From assembly GCA_046563655.1 (NCBI GenBank), contig CM102290.1, positions 2,232,001-2,296,000 of the forward strand: a stretch of 64,000 nt of DNA, read 5' to 3'. Source of the DNA: Yuukianura sp. NJ FZ-2021 (taxonomy: Eukaryota). The translations under genes were made by a program, and so were the position numbers. Below the pieces are notes generated by a model, which searched no databases, was not told the DNA's origin, and was given only the letters and a program-made list of their open reading frames with translations. Shown here piece after piece: positions 35,302-48,803 of this stretch. Positions within the stretch are counted from its first letter, which is position 1, and each line of letters opens with the position of its first letter.

Positions 35302-35718
35302 GAAGTCCCACAATTAGTAAAATTAAGTCTAACGGTAGATCAATACTTTACGAAAAAAAAAAGAAACGAAGCTAAAAAACGAAGAAACTACGAATGGAAT
35401 TTAGAAAGTGATAAAAAATTAACGGTTTTCTTTGCCATGGTTCTCCGTGACCATTTTCCCTGAGAATGGAAAAATAATTTAAAATTCTAAAGCTAAACGT
35501 GGCTTTGGTTTGTGTATTTGACGTGGCTTCGACATTTTTTTTTACTTAAAACCAGAGACTTTGACGTTCTTGCTAACGCACTAATTTACCATTTGTTTGC
35601 GGTGGTTATAAGTATTGGGATACTAGCATCGTTGTATCACAGAATAATATTTCGGTTCTCAAGCTGCTCTCGTTTGTCGTTTGAAATTTGAAATCGTGGA
35701 AGACGATTGTGCGTTTTC

Positions 35719-38700
35719 TCAGGAGAGTTCAAACCCAACGTTTGAACTTATGGCATAACGTAGTTTGTCTCGCAATGTAGCTTTCTTGTGGTAGTTTGGC
35801 AGCTTCAGAAGATTGAAACATGTCGATGAAGTTGGCAAGCGACCCGCCGGCTCTTGTCTCCCCAACGTCAGAAATCCACGGAGAACGCTCCCTGTACAAA
35901 AAAACAGCCAGAGAAGTTAACACCAAATCTGCGTTTAAGTAAAACTCGATACATTATTTCCGGATTCTTACCGATGGTATCTCCAGTATCATCATCGTCG
36001 CTGACTTCGACGCACCGAACAGAGAAGGCAGGATCCAGGTTTGCGAAGCCCAAGAGAGGCGGCTTGGAACAGCTTGTAACGAACTGTAGGAAACAATAAT
36101 AAAATAATATTTGATCTATGTTTAGTTTACTGTGTGTTATTTGTGTGTTTGTTTTTCAAACCTTCAGAAATAATTTTCGCTCTTCCTCAGTGAAATCCCT
36201 CTCCAGAATATCCCACAACCAAACGACGACGCGGTGACTATCGTGGAACCCTCCGTAGTACTGTGTGTTGCGTCGCAAATCGATCAAGTCAATATCGGAA
36301 TCTTCACCACTGATAAGCCGTTGCAACTATTTAAAACAAATTTTCCCATTGAGCTAGTAAAGTTGAACGAATAAAAAAAAACGTTTAGCTGTAGTAACCT
36401 CAGGAGGAGAAAAGATTCGGAGCATGTCGTTGGGAATAATGAATCGAAATCCTTTGAGGAAGGCAATTGTTTGTTCTTTGATTTGTGCATAGAGGTGAAA
36501 GTGAGCCTTGTGATAGATGTAGCTGATTCTGTAGAAGAAAAAACACCAAGTCGTATGTAATAATAAAGTCCGTACCATGTAAATCAAATTAACTCACTTG
36601 TTCTCGTTTGTTACTGGAATGGATCGCCCGCCGGGGATCAGTTCGAAGGTTTGTATTACACCCAAAATGTCTTGATCAACAGAGAAAGTCAGATCCAGTT
36701 CCTGTGAAAAAAATACTAATTTGAAACAGGCTTATCCACCGACAGTTTATTGTTCAAAAACGTATTCGAATTTACTAACCCTGATATCTCCTTGGTAGTG
36801 TTTAACGTAAATCAATGAGTTGTAAATCTCCCGATCCAGAGACTGGAGTTCGTCGATTACGGAGAAAAGAACGCCATTTTGTTGAAGACCAAGCATTTGT
36901 GTAACAAAGAATGGAGCAAAATGGACATCCACGACAATTCCCTGCCAAACAAATAACACTTTACTCTCCCTGACGCTACGTTATTCATAATTTTTAAAAC
37001 TAAATAGTGGAGGTATGACTTACTTCAAAAACAGCTTTCCCCAACATTTTCCCAACGAATTCAAACAGCGAAAGATGATCCTCATGGAGATATGAAAGCG
37101 GTGATGGGTAAAGTAAGTTTTCCGATGTAGCTTTGAATAAGTTTAACGTCGGGCTGAATACCAGATTGATTGTTTCCTCCAGAAACTCTAAAAATAGATA
37201 AGATATTACACTCGTCATCATCAGTATTTTACAATAGTTCTTTCCCGTAAATTATTTAATGTTTCGAATTTTGGCTTTCAACCTTTGAAAACTCCGTCTT
37301 GGTCAATTCCCGCTTCATCCAAACCCAGTTCATTTTGAAATTTGACTCGAATTGTTCCTTTGAAGCGTCGAAGAGACAAATTAGCCAGTTGAGCATAACC
37401 GTCTTCCACAATTCGACCTCTTCGGATTGTGATTATTGAAGATACAGGCTGAGCTGTTGGAGAGCCCGTTGAAACAGTACATCCATGAATAGTTGCCTCT
37501 TCAATGGCATGAAATGTGCAATGTCCTTTCTCTGAAGCAGCCCATTTGCGAAAGAATACCACGCGTGCCTCTTCCTTGATCACATGAGGCATTTCCATCA
37601 ACGCTCGCTGTTGAGTATAACTTGGGATTAAACTCGGTATTGCAAAACAGATTTAAGAGGATTTGCAAAGCGTGCTAAACTGTTAGTGATTATCGTGTTT
37701 TCTTTTCGTACCTTAGCACCATGTCGGCCTTTGTCCATATCTGTTATAAGTGAGCATAACCGCCCAGAGTCAATGAGCCAAAGTCCATCGCGGCAAAACT
37801 TGCGCCGAGAATCTCGGCGATATAGCACCGTAAGTAGAGTTTTCAAGGCAGTCCAAGTGACAGGTCGCACCTTCGCGTAGTGAACATGGCACAGAAGGCG
37901 ATAGCAAAGGTTGTTGATGAAATGACCGATTTCGGAAAGCGTGGACAACGTAATAACTTTTTCCTCTTCGTATAATTCCTGGTCATCGAGAACCCTAAGC
38001 ATACAACCAGCGGTTTTGATTAGTTATTAACTTGAACTGCGTGGGTTATGATATGACTTACGTAACAAAATGTGTCAGACATTCACAGAACAGAAGGATA
38101 AGCGATTCTTCAGGCTGGACCGGAGTCACCAACAGCTCAACCCAGGCTTTGATGTCAACGTCGGAATTATACTCTTCTAGAAACTTCCAAAGAGAGATGA
38201 GTAGGCATGAGGATTCTTTGAAAGAAAGGGCAGTCAGGATATCAATTTTGCAGCTTCTGAAAATCAAAGACAAAGTTAGCTTGTTTCCATCTCTACCAGA
38301 TTCTTCAATGCGAGTAGTTAGTAAATGAAACTCACAACGTGAGAGAGGCAATGACGCTGTTATACAGTGAACATGCAAGGCAAATTTTCTTGGTCGTATC
38401 CGTCGTAAAGCTCGTTCCGGATGATGGAATCGAATTCTTTCTTTTGCTATCTCCTGGAATTACTTTCCGGAAAAGTTTGGCAATACTACTTTTCCAAGTA
38501 CCCCTCTTGGGTGTAGGCATTTGAGTACGAGAAGCTTCTTTGATTGCTTTGGCAGCGCGCCACTCGACATGACTAAACAGAGGCTCGAAGAGGGCCTAAG
38601 AAGGATGTGGGTAGTTACGTCACCAGAAAATTTCCTCAAATTTCCGAGTAAGAAGGACGGACAAACCTTAATGTAAACCGGCTTCCAGAGTGTTTCCAAT

Positions 38701-40114
38701 TGCTCCTTGACGACCTGGACGGTGTTGGCGTGGGTAATGTCAATTGGAGCAGAGATCCAGCCCAGAACATTATACCAATGGCACTTCTTCGAAGCGTTCA
38801 CTTCGGCTTCACAACACTTGGAAAGCTTGAGCAAAACATCCTGAAGGGAAAAAAAAGTTTAGTATGTACTGTATGAATTAATGATTAAAGTTTAATGGAT
38901 ATGCGGGTTATGTATTTAAAAAAATGAAAAAGCATTTTTCACTCACCATGTATTTTGGAAACAAAATTGTAACGAGATCAGGGTAGTATTGGCCGAAATC
39001 ACATAAATTGGCCAAAAGTGAAACCATGAAGCAAATATCTTTGTCTTTCAGGCAATTTTGAAGGCCGTTCCCATCATAAAGAAAGTCCACAAGAATTGGA
39101 AAAACTGACTCTGGCACGCTCTGGAAACATGGTTAAAAGTTATACATATTATTTCTAAAAACTGACACTGTACCATAATTGAAATAGTTAGTAACCTCAG
39201 GACATAGCGAGCGAACGAAGTGAACGAACCCTGGAAGTGCAAACACATTTCCAATGTAGTCCAGCATAATAAAATCGCTGTAAAAGAGAGGCTCCATCAC
39301 AGGTCGCACCGAAAGACTTGCAATGGCATACAAATTGGTCTTGGTCAATGAAATCTACAAATAAATAGATATTCTTGAAATCACAGGTCTCAATTACTAA
39401 ACCAAATGAGAAGTATTAAGTTTTGGATCACCTACCTTCTCCGGACGAGAGTAAGCAGCTTGAAGGACAATGTTGATGTGCTTATAAAACTCCCCTTCGT
39501 GGCCAAGCATATGAGCGAAAATATTATTGGCCAAATTACTGAACCCGTTCTGAAGCGCTTTGTACTCTTCTAGTTTGGTAATTCTCCAATTTCTCACTGT
39601 GGTGAGATTCACGATGACACTCAGGAACACGGAGAGAGACTTCGAATCAGTCTGCAACTCAGGTTTTAGTTTCGACATCTGAAAGAAATAAAATGCAACT
39701 AAAATTCATACGACATACGACATAAACATAAAATGCTCAGTATTACGAAGAAAAAGTTACCGAAATGAGGCATTTCACAGTAATTGCTTTAATGTGATCA
39801 ATCCATGCAAAAACATGTTCCTTCTTGAAACTGCAAGAAATATAGTTGTTCTCTGCCCGCTCTTGATCCAAACTCCAGTCCAAGTATCTGTTGAAATGAG
39901 AAATGGAAGTAAAACAAACCAAACATCTTCGTTGGGCCTTCTATCTCTTCAACAATTACCTGCAAAACCGATCTAGAATTGGTATCTCCGTCGTTACATT
40001 GTAGTCTTTGATGAACTGAGACGCGGACAAGTAAACACTTAAGGATGACATGGTTGTGTAGCCGTTTTGTTCTAAATTGGTAAGTACTGCCTCCAGTGCT
40101 TCACCATTCGCCAT
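35719..40114 (-). CDS. UBE3B: HECT E3 ubiquitin-protein ligase UBE3B-like, about 17 exons
   Basis: The HECT domain shows [55 protein letters not shown], the UBE3B-type [16 protein letters not shown] insert and the C-terminus [17 protein letters not shown]...[14 protein letters not shown] (last exon 35719-35891). First coding exon 39960-40114 (MANGEALE...). Confidence 0.9.
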
Positions 40115-41200
40115 TTTCTCTCTCGTTTCAAACGGTTTCTGTTTTGACTACTACTGCAGCATCCTGAAAGAATAAGTAGAATAGCAACTTGAGTACTTAA
40201 TTTGTGAATCCATATTCTACATGTGCAATAGTAAGAAGCAAGCAAAGCATCACGATTAAAGTAACTAACTAGCCAGGCTAGACTAAATTTACTTTACTTG
40301 TATAAATAACTAATAGAAAGGATAATAACAAACGATTTTGTATTCATAGTACATAACTACTAACCTCCGTACAACAAAGTAAGTGTCACACTTGGTTCTT
40401 GTAGATACGTTGTCGAAGAACGATATCAGATGGTAACTGTCGACTGTCAACGTTGATGAGCTCGACCTCTGACCTTCCCTGAAGACAGCAGTCAAGGAAA
40501 TGACTGATAGAGAAATGAAACCCTTTGCCTACCTCGAACTTGAGAAAAACACACTAACAGCGGAGCTTGTCATAGCAACAAACACTTCGGAGATGGGCAA
40601 CATCCTCTTAACTTAAGAGACAACAGTAAGGCATAATTATACTATAAATTGAATTACATTAATTCATCGTTGAAAAAATTATTTACCAAATTTATGTGAA
40701 AGCTGAGGCCGAAAATTGATATGAATTTGTAATTAACCCGTTATTTTTAGTATTTACGAATGGGAATGAAATCCACAGTTGTTAGAGTCAATATTAGGGT
40801 CATTTTTGCATTGGGGTCAGCCCCCTAGCCTAGGAACAATGAGTCAAAGGCCGGAGATCAAAGGTCACCTTATGACCCTACGACAACCCCATCCAACTAG
40901 CATATCTTTCGAACGCGCTTGACCTCCTGATTCGGAAAATGTATAAATTGATAACTACGACGTTAGACAACAACGTTATTGTAATGCTATCACATGTCAC
41001 GTAGTCACAGTAGCCTACAAAGGGGTACCCAAGCAGGTATCTGATGAGTACTGAAATGGGTATCCAACGACACAATTAGTCTTCTGTACACTAAACTTTG
41101 TTTTTCTCGGGTACCGAGTTGAGTGTCCCAGCATAACAAACTCTGTGGGATGGGAAGCCACTGACAATACAGTAACTTTACCTAAGACTTAAATCTAACT

Positions 41201-44078
41201 TCAACAGCTAAAATTCTGTTGCATTTCTGCAGGGGTACGCTTAATAAAATAAATCAGACGGATTATTGTTGAAGGAGTAATTCCTGGAATTCGGCTGGCT
41301 GAAGCGATCTGAAATTTAAAATAGTTTTACTTTAAAACATTGCTCCGTACTTAATGCCAAAAGACACAAGCTAATTAACTCAAACTAAAATAAGATACAT
41401 AGTAAATGTAAAACTTACGTCAGCAGGAGAAGCCTCCGTTAGCTTCTCCTGTTCCTCCCTTGACAATGAGATTCTATGGCTAAAAAAAATCAAAGTTAAT
41501 GCAGAAAGCGGAATGTGTTAAATAAGGCTTACTCTGCAAAATTAAAATTTCTGGGAAATTTTAACTCCGATTCCTTGCGAAGTTGTAAAACTTCTTCTGC
41601 CTGGTTCTCGATGGCATTGCAGTACATAGATTCAATTTTGATTCGATCGCAGAGCTCAACATCTTCAAGAAAACTGCTTGGTATTAATTTTCCAAGTACA
41701 GGAACTAAATCCGTCATTCCAACATTGTCTCGACACAAAGTTTCAAAAGCGCTGAAACCAGGGAACCGAATGTTAGTTAAGCACTTGGTAGACACTAAAA
41801 GATTAACACTAACACTTCTCATCGTTTCGAATATCTGCGTCACTCTTACCTCCTTCTCCCATGAACGCTGAACTTGATATGAGGCAAAAGCGATTGCCAT
41901 TCAGTACACGGTTTAATGATTTCGGTAAGAATTTCACGCAAGAGCTGGAGTGAGGACTTAATTTGAAGAGTTCGTTCAAGACGTTCTGCAGATATAAGAC
42001 CTAAGGCATGCCCTAAGCGATAAGCACAGAATATCTAAGTTAATTACATAACAATTGAAGTTTTATCTTTTACATGCGTAGTGCATACCCTTCTCAGTCA
42101 GTCGCTGGTCTGCATTGTCTGGACGAAGTGAGATTCTGAACTCAGCTCTGGAAGTAAACATCCGGTAAGGTTCGGGTGCACCAACTCGAGTCAAGTCATC
42201 AACCAAAACACCCAAGTAGCCATCCGAACGTCCAATTGTCAATGGCGCTATATTCAGAGCCTATGCAAATCAATGTTAAGCACCATGTTGTTTGGAAAAT
42301 TGACATTACACCTTACCTTTGCAGCAGCATTCGTACCAGCAAGTAAACCCTGTGCAGCGGCCTCTTCATAACCAGTGGTTCCATTAATCTGACCAGCAAG
42401 GAACAGTCCCTCTACACGTTTCGTCTCCAAGGTTGTGTATAACTCTCGAGGATCAACGTGGTCATAAGTAACACCATACCCCGGTCGTACCATCTCCACG
42501 TTTTCTAGACCCCGAATTCCCTACGTAAAAACAACTGACATGTGAAAATCTGAAAATCACCAAACTTTTAGCACATTATGATTGTTAGATATTAGATTAG
42601 ATTTTCGATACCCGTAGAAGCTCTAGTTGCGCTTCCTCTGGTAGCGTACAAGACAGTCCGTTGGGGTAGATAAGTGGACTATCAAATCCTTCTGGTTCCA
42701 GCCAAATTTGATGTATTCGGCCCGGAAATCGAAGAATTTTTGACTCTATTGACGGGCAATACCGAGGTCCTCGAATTCCTTCTTCTTTCACATGGACATT
42801 TCGATCGAGGTTGTCTCTAACTATTTTGTCTGCGGTAAGACTAGAGTGGGTGATGTGACAATCAAGCTGATCTTCAGCCTGTGACAAAGGGCTAGGAGCC
42901 AATTAATTAGAAATGGAATTAATCGAGCAATCTCAGTAGCTAACCTTGAGCCAAACTTTTGAATTCATGAAGGAGAAGGGAACAGGCGGATTATCACCGC
43001 CTTGTACTTGAGTTACGTCGAAGTTTATTGACGTTTTTAAAAGGCGAGGCGGAGTTCCTGCAAATAGAAAAATAAACTATCCAAATCAAGTTCACGTCAG
43101 GAGCAACAGGTTACTTATGTGCTGCAGTAGGATCGGTAAAATTACCAGTTTTCATTCGTTTCATTTTGAATCCAACTTTGTCTAGCGTATTGGCTAATCC
43201 GACTGAGGGAATGTCTCCTATTCGTCCAGCAGGGTACGTCCGAGGTCCTATATTGATTTCACCTCTAAGGAAAGTACCCGTTGTGATTACAACGGTGTTG
43301 CAGGGTAAAACTTGCTTGGTTTCTAGAAATTGCACCAAAACTTTAAACAGCTTAAACCCGATTTATAATGAAAAGTTCTCACCGCCAATAACAATCCCTT
43401 GACATTTCCCATCAACAATGACTAAGTCCTCGACAGAGGACTCTATCACTTCTAAGTTCGGAGTCTCCTTGACTTTTTGCTGCATATGTTCTTTATAAAG
43501 TTTTCTGTCAATTTGAGCTCTAGGACCCCATACGGCCGGACCCTTCCGTCTATTCAGTATCTATATATGCGAAATCTTTAGTCAGTACATACTACTGTTT
43601 TTTTTGCATTGGGTAAAACATACAACTGGTTTATAATATTCGAATGACCTTACTTTATATTGGACTCCAGATTTATCACAGATCAGTCCACAGGCTCCAC
43701 CAAGTGCGTCAACTTCACGAATAAGATGTCCTTTTCCAATTCCTCCAAAAGACGGATTACAAGACATTTCACCTATTCACAAAATAACGTTTTAAATCAC
43801 ACCTTAAATAGTTAACTTATCGTTAGTTACGTAACATTAGACTTACCAATGGTGTTGAATTTATGTGTAACCAGAAATGTTCTGCATCCCATTCGTGCCG
43901 CTGCAAGGGCTGCTTCAGTTCCCGCATGGCCTCCTCCGATTATGGCTACAACCGGTAAAAGAGTACTTGTTACTTCTTGATTTCCAGAAACGGTGGCAAA
44001 TGTCTTGGATAAGGTGTCTCTTAGCCGCCAATTTGTTCTCGCAAGAATTCTTCTGAATCTCATGGCAGTGACGAGCAT
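41201..44078 (-). CDS. MTO1: MTO1 (GidA/MnmG family) mitochondrial tRNA modification enzyme, about 12 exons
   Basis: [81 protein letters not shown] and ASRIPGITP; Arg-rich, targeting-peptide-like N-terminus. Confidence 0.95.
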
Positions 44079-44809
44079 TTTACACCTGAAAATAAAATAT
44101 CACATTACTATAAGCAATCTAATTCGTATTAGGTTTCCCATGACCTTTCATTTTATAGATTATTCAAAGTCAATGTGAAATAATTGACTTACGCCAGCGA
44201 TATTGATCCACTGCTACGGGATGTTAGATTAACCAAATTAAGTAATTCAAGAACTGTTGATACTCTAACTGTAAACAAACTCGAAGTCTCCCTAATGTTA
44301 AACGAGAATCGGTATCGGCCTTCTCCATTCCATTTCCATGTGGATTGTGGAATTTAGTGAAACCTTTTGTTTGTTTTCATTTTTGAAAGAGGAAATTCCC
44401 GCCGCACATTTAGCAGGAACAAACAATACGGTCAAATCTTCTTCTATAACCAAGTTCAGATGAATGTTTTTAGGAATCGCTTAAGAAAAGTAAGCAAACG
44501 ATATCCACACAATATTGTCTTGGATTGCTTAATTCACAAATGTGGCTTGGGCGGTCAAATAATGAAATCGATTTTATGAATTTAAACGGTGAATTTAGTA
44601 TTGTTTAATTCCAGTTCCACATGCGCATTGCCCTCTGGTTTAGTTGCTTAAATTAAGACAAATGTGTAATGCGGTCATAGCTTCTTATACCTCCTCCCAT
44701 CACTGGAGCGTAGTAGTAGATTAGACGTTTTGAAGATAATCGTGTCTAATATTCGGGTGTGTTTTAGATGTGGGGTTTGTCTATGGGTTTCAAACGCCTT
44801 GGATTCTGT

Positions 44810-47800
44810 TTAGAAAATGTCTGGACAGCGTGACCAGTCTTTCCGTTCCTTGCAATCCCAATACGTGTTCTTGAAGACGTGGATAACATTTCCACTATAT
44901 GGGTCTTTCTCTTGAGAAAACCAAACTGATTCATAGGGTGGAACTGGTTTTCCTGTTTTCGTAACAAAAGAACCTTAGCTCTCCAGTTCTTATTACACTG
45001 TAAGACAACAGAACGAATTTGTGAAATGAACGTACCTTCCCCAGCTGCCCTCTCAGATTCGACTTCACGTTGGCGACGAGCAGCTCGCTGCTTCTCCTCA
45101 ATCCGAACTTTTTCAATGTTCGCTTCATCCCACTTTCCTTCTTCCATTAGGCGCTGATCAGGGCGGAGTCGAGCATCCGTCGGGGCCACGCCCTCCTCCA
45201 GTTCGTTCAACTGACAGGCCAACTCTGTGAAATTATAGTAACGCTCGGACTCGGGCCTATTACAAAATTATAATTTGATTCGTCAATACATTGGGTCAAA
45301 AATAAAGTGTAAATCATATTGGAATTTTTTAAGTTACGGTGGAAGACGACGTTCCCACAACGTTCGAGCGGGGCCCAATTCCAGAATGGGTTTCCCACTC
45401 TTGTCCGTGTCTTTTTGCTTGAGCACTTCGCAAGTCTCCATCTTCGCATCCCATGTTCCATTGAGAACAAATCGAACTCGCTCCTGGATGTCCATAACAC
45501 ATCCAGTCACCTGGGAATAAGTACCATTGCAAATTACTACTCCTGGCAACCTAAGAGAAAAAAACAGTGGAGTTTATCTACTGAGCGATCAGCGAAAAAA
45601 CAAACGTTTTTGTCAAAATCTCACAGTACCCCCAACGGCATTCGAAATTATTTGAACAATTACGAATGATAATTTAACGAAAAAGGGTAAAATATTCAAA
45701 ATTAATTCAAAAAAATGAATAGGGAAGAAACTGAACACTTTTCAGCTTTTTCTAAACGTCATTTGTTAAATTGATTTGAACTATTTCAAACTTTGTTACT
45801 TTTATTGTACAGACAATTTCGACTGTCGTTAGGGGTAATATGAGATATTTGCAAAAACGTTTGTTTTTTCGCTGATCGCTCAGTAGAAAAACTCCACTGT
45901 TTTTTTTCTCTTAGGTTGCCAGGAGTTATAACTACGCCATTTTTTTCTTGCGCTTAACGTGCTAGTATTGATTATAAAAATAAATCATTGTTTCTTACCT
46001 TCCGCTGGGTATCACGCGTAAAGTAAGAGTAGGGAATAAACTTAAGATGACACTTTTCACCATTCTGGTGATTGATAATGTCCATTTCACCGTGCTGATC
46101 AACCCACAGCTTTCCAACAATTATGTTATGAACAGTTGTTGTGACTTTTCGCCATGTGTAGTGATTTCCTGTCATAAATAAACATCAGCTGATCAACAAC
46201 TATACCCATTGAACATTCGACATAGACAGAATTTACCGCTGTCCGTGAAGACCAAATGTGCAATCCCAAGTGGAATCACTTGAAGGTACTTTCCTCGGAA
46301 CTTGGACGACATGGTGAACTCTTGCCAACATTTCCATCCACGGCCTTCGCAGTGTTGTGCCGCCATGGGAGGATGATGACTCACTTGCTCATTGATACAG
46401 CGCCATCCCAAATCATCCATTCGGTCACATTCGTATGTTTCCCCAAGGAGGGGATTGAACGGCTTTCCAGTGCGAACCTATAAAACGAAAGACAATAAAA
46501 TGGCAATCAATCAACTATTCAGCAAAATAACCGACCAATTGAACGTACCGAAGTGGTAGCATACGACGAAACGGTGAAGGCTGCAACATAGGCCAGTTGC
46601 TCACAAGTGTCTGTACACTTGACAGCTTGATCTAGAATTTCACTATACTCAAAGTCCTCAGTGAGGCGCTGGAGCATTGATAGTGGTTCTGAAAAGTTAA
46701 CAGGCATTGGAATTTTAGTCAATTCCTTTCCAATGCAGTTCTTCATGATGCTCCACAAATTTAGAGGGTAGTTGGGTTTGTCTGCGACACGTTTTCGTCG
46801 AATCTTTTTCGACACGTTCGCAGCATTCCCAACTTTGGACAGTTCTTGCTTCTGGTCCTTCGGCTCTTTGACAACCTTGAGCTAAGAAAAAACAACGCTC
46901 AAGCTTACACTACTCAATCTTCAATTAGAATTCCAAAGTATTAAGTCGTCTCACTTTAGATCGAATACACCGAACAGTTTGACTCGTGCTGGTGGATCCT
47001 TTGTCATCGTTGTCACTCCCTGAGCTTTCTTTTTCTCTTCCTTCGGACTTCTGGACAAAGGAAAACGAAGCCATTTAACTATGTACAATTGACAACTTTT
47101 AAAAGTGTGAGAACGTTCTTGACTCACCTGTGAGTCCGTACTGATGCCACTTGATGTCCGACGGTGGAGGGAAATAGGAACGTCAACTGTAAACTCATTT
47201 GCACCTTCTGATGTTTCGACCGCGTCAAAGAAGATTTCCTCTTCGTCTGACTGCATGTTTGATTGCCCTATAGTGAGAATAGGGCGGATAAGAAAGACTT
47301 CATTTTGTGTTATCGGTTTCAGGATGTCATGTCGGATAAAAAGTTCATAAGGTCAAGGGAGTTAACACTAGTAACAAACAAGCAGGTTGCACGTGAAATA
47401 CGCCACGGCAACATAGTCATTATATTAAAACACGATAAATTCATAGACTAACCATGCGGACCATGACCATGGCTTTGAACAGCAGTGGCTGCAGCCTCTT
47501 CTAGTTTGGTGTGTTGCTTCGCCAATTCTTCAACCACCTTTTCCAGCCGCTGTCTTTGTTCTTTCTCATAAAGGATGGCTTTCTGCCATTTCCTCCCTTG
47601 ATTTTGAACAGCTTTTGCATATTCCGAACACGACTAGGAAAAGCAAACACATTATTTTGTAAAGAAAAATAAAGTTAATGGTAATTGGATAAAGATAAGT
47701 AAAATAAACTACATTAATCATTGCGGCTGAGGTAATTCGAAACAAGGTAGCACGCTCATTCACTTGCTTGACTTTGGTTAGAATTTCATGGGGATTGTCC

Positions 47801-48803
47801 ATGGACTCTAACTCCCCCAACGCTTTCTGTTAAGATGGACGTAAAGGTGATTAAGATCACGGATACACAATAAGCATTGTTCATATGAGGTTGACAGATT
47901 AGATTAATCACCTGTAACCCGCTTCCATGCTTATTTATCAGTTCACAATAAGTCTGCATGTCTTCCCATTTTGCTGTGAGCAGTTGCAAGACGTTTTGAA
48001 CTTCATGATTGTCAAGCGGAGCTGAAACTTCCTCCAGTTCCTCCTCTTCTTCCGACTCCATAGTACGAATAGCCTTGGCTTTCGCCAACTCCAAGGCCGT
48101 AACCCACCTAATGAGCAAACACGAAGAACAGTGATCTACGATACACAACTAATAAAGCCACTAAAAACATAGCCTAATAAGACTGAATGTCTCTATGACA
48201 ATAATAATACAACACCTTTGTCTTTCTACTTCGGAAGATGCACGCAGATGGAATGTTTGAGTCCCTCCATTAGAAACCACAAGGTTACAAGTATCTTCGG
48301 TGTAGATAAGTGCTCCATGTAGACTAATTGAGCCACGACAGGTATGGGTCATCTCAGCATGGTTCCTGCAAAGGAAATACCGAATGATAGTCATCTGAGA
48401 GACTTTATGGAATTCAGAGTGGGTCATCTCATGCAAACCCCGCCTCAGTTGAGCTCAGCCTTCGTGCACGACGGGACAGTCTAAGGTCAAACGAAAACAG
48501 AACTTGTCTGACTTGAAAAGTAATCTACTGCTGTTTATCTTGTAAACTTAAATTAAACTGTTAAACCCATTCCCATCCTTTAAGTTTGTTAATGAACAAG
48601 ATACCTATCAACTATAAAATCTGGGTATCTAAGTCCAACCATGCCCTGAACCACAGTTAAGGTAAATCAAATGAAACTTACCTATAGTAAGAAAGCACTC
48701 CGTTGGAGAGGACAAACCATCGCTTCTGATACCCCTTGAGGTAGTTTGTCCACTTATGTAGCCAACCCTTCATTTCAGGCTCCTTTGGACCGTCGCTGCT
48801 CAT
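44810..48803 (-). CDS. Osbp: Oxysterol-binding protein (PH + FFAT + ORD)
   Basis: PH start [30 protein letters not shown] (exon 48682-48803), FFAT-like [41 protein letters not shown], signature [20 protein letters not shown] and C-terminus WSRCPDIF*. Confidence 0.95.
45539..45926. mobile_element. MITE of about 390 bp with long terminal inverted repeats in an OSBP intron
   Basis: The left end actcctggcaacctaagagaaaaaaacagtggagttt...ctactgagcgatcagcgaaaaaacaaacgtttttg is the near-exact reverse complement of the right end. The arms extend about 110 bp. No clear TSD. Confidence 0.85.

Noticed and set aside
35729..35926. ORF-track 65-aa peptide as the UBE3B C-terminus
   Set aside because: Wrong frame; the spliced frame gives the canonical [15 protein letters not shown]...GFELS* ending at 35719.
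48345..48432. Duplicated tgggtcatctca in an OSBP exon and the adjacent intron as a mutually exclusive exon
   Set aside because: Only about 12 bp match and there are no convincing flanking splice sites.
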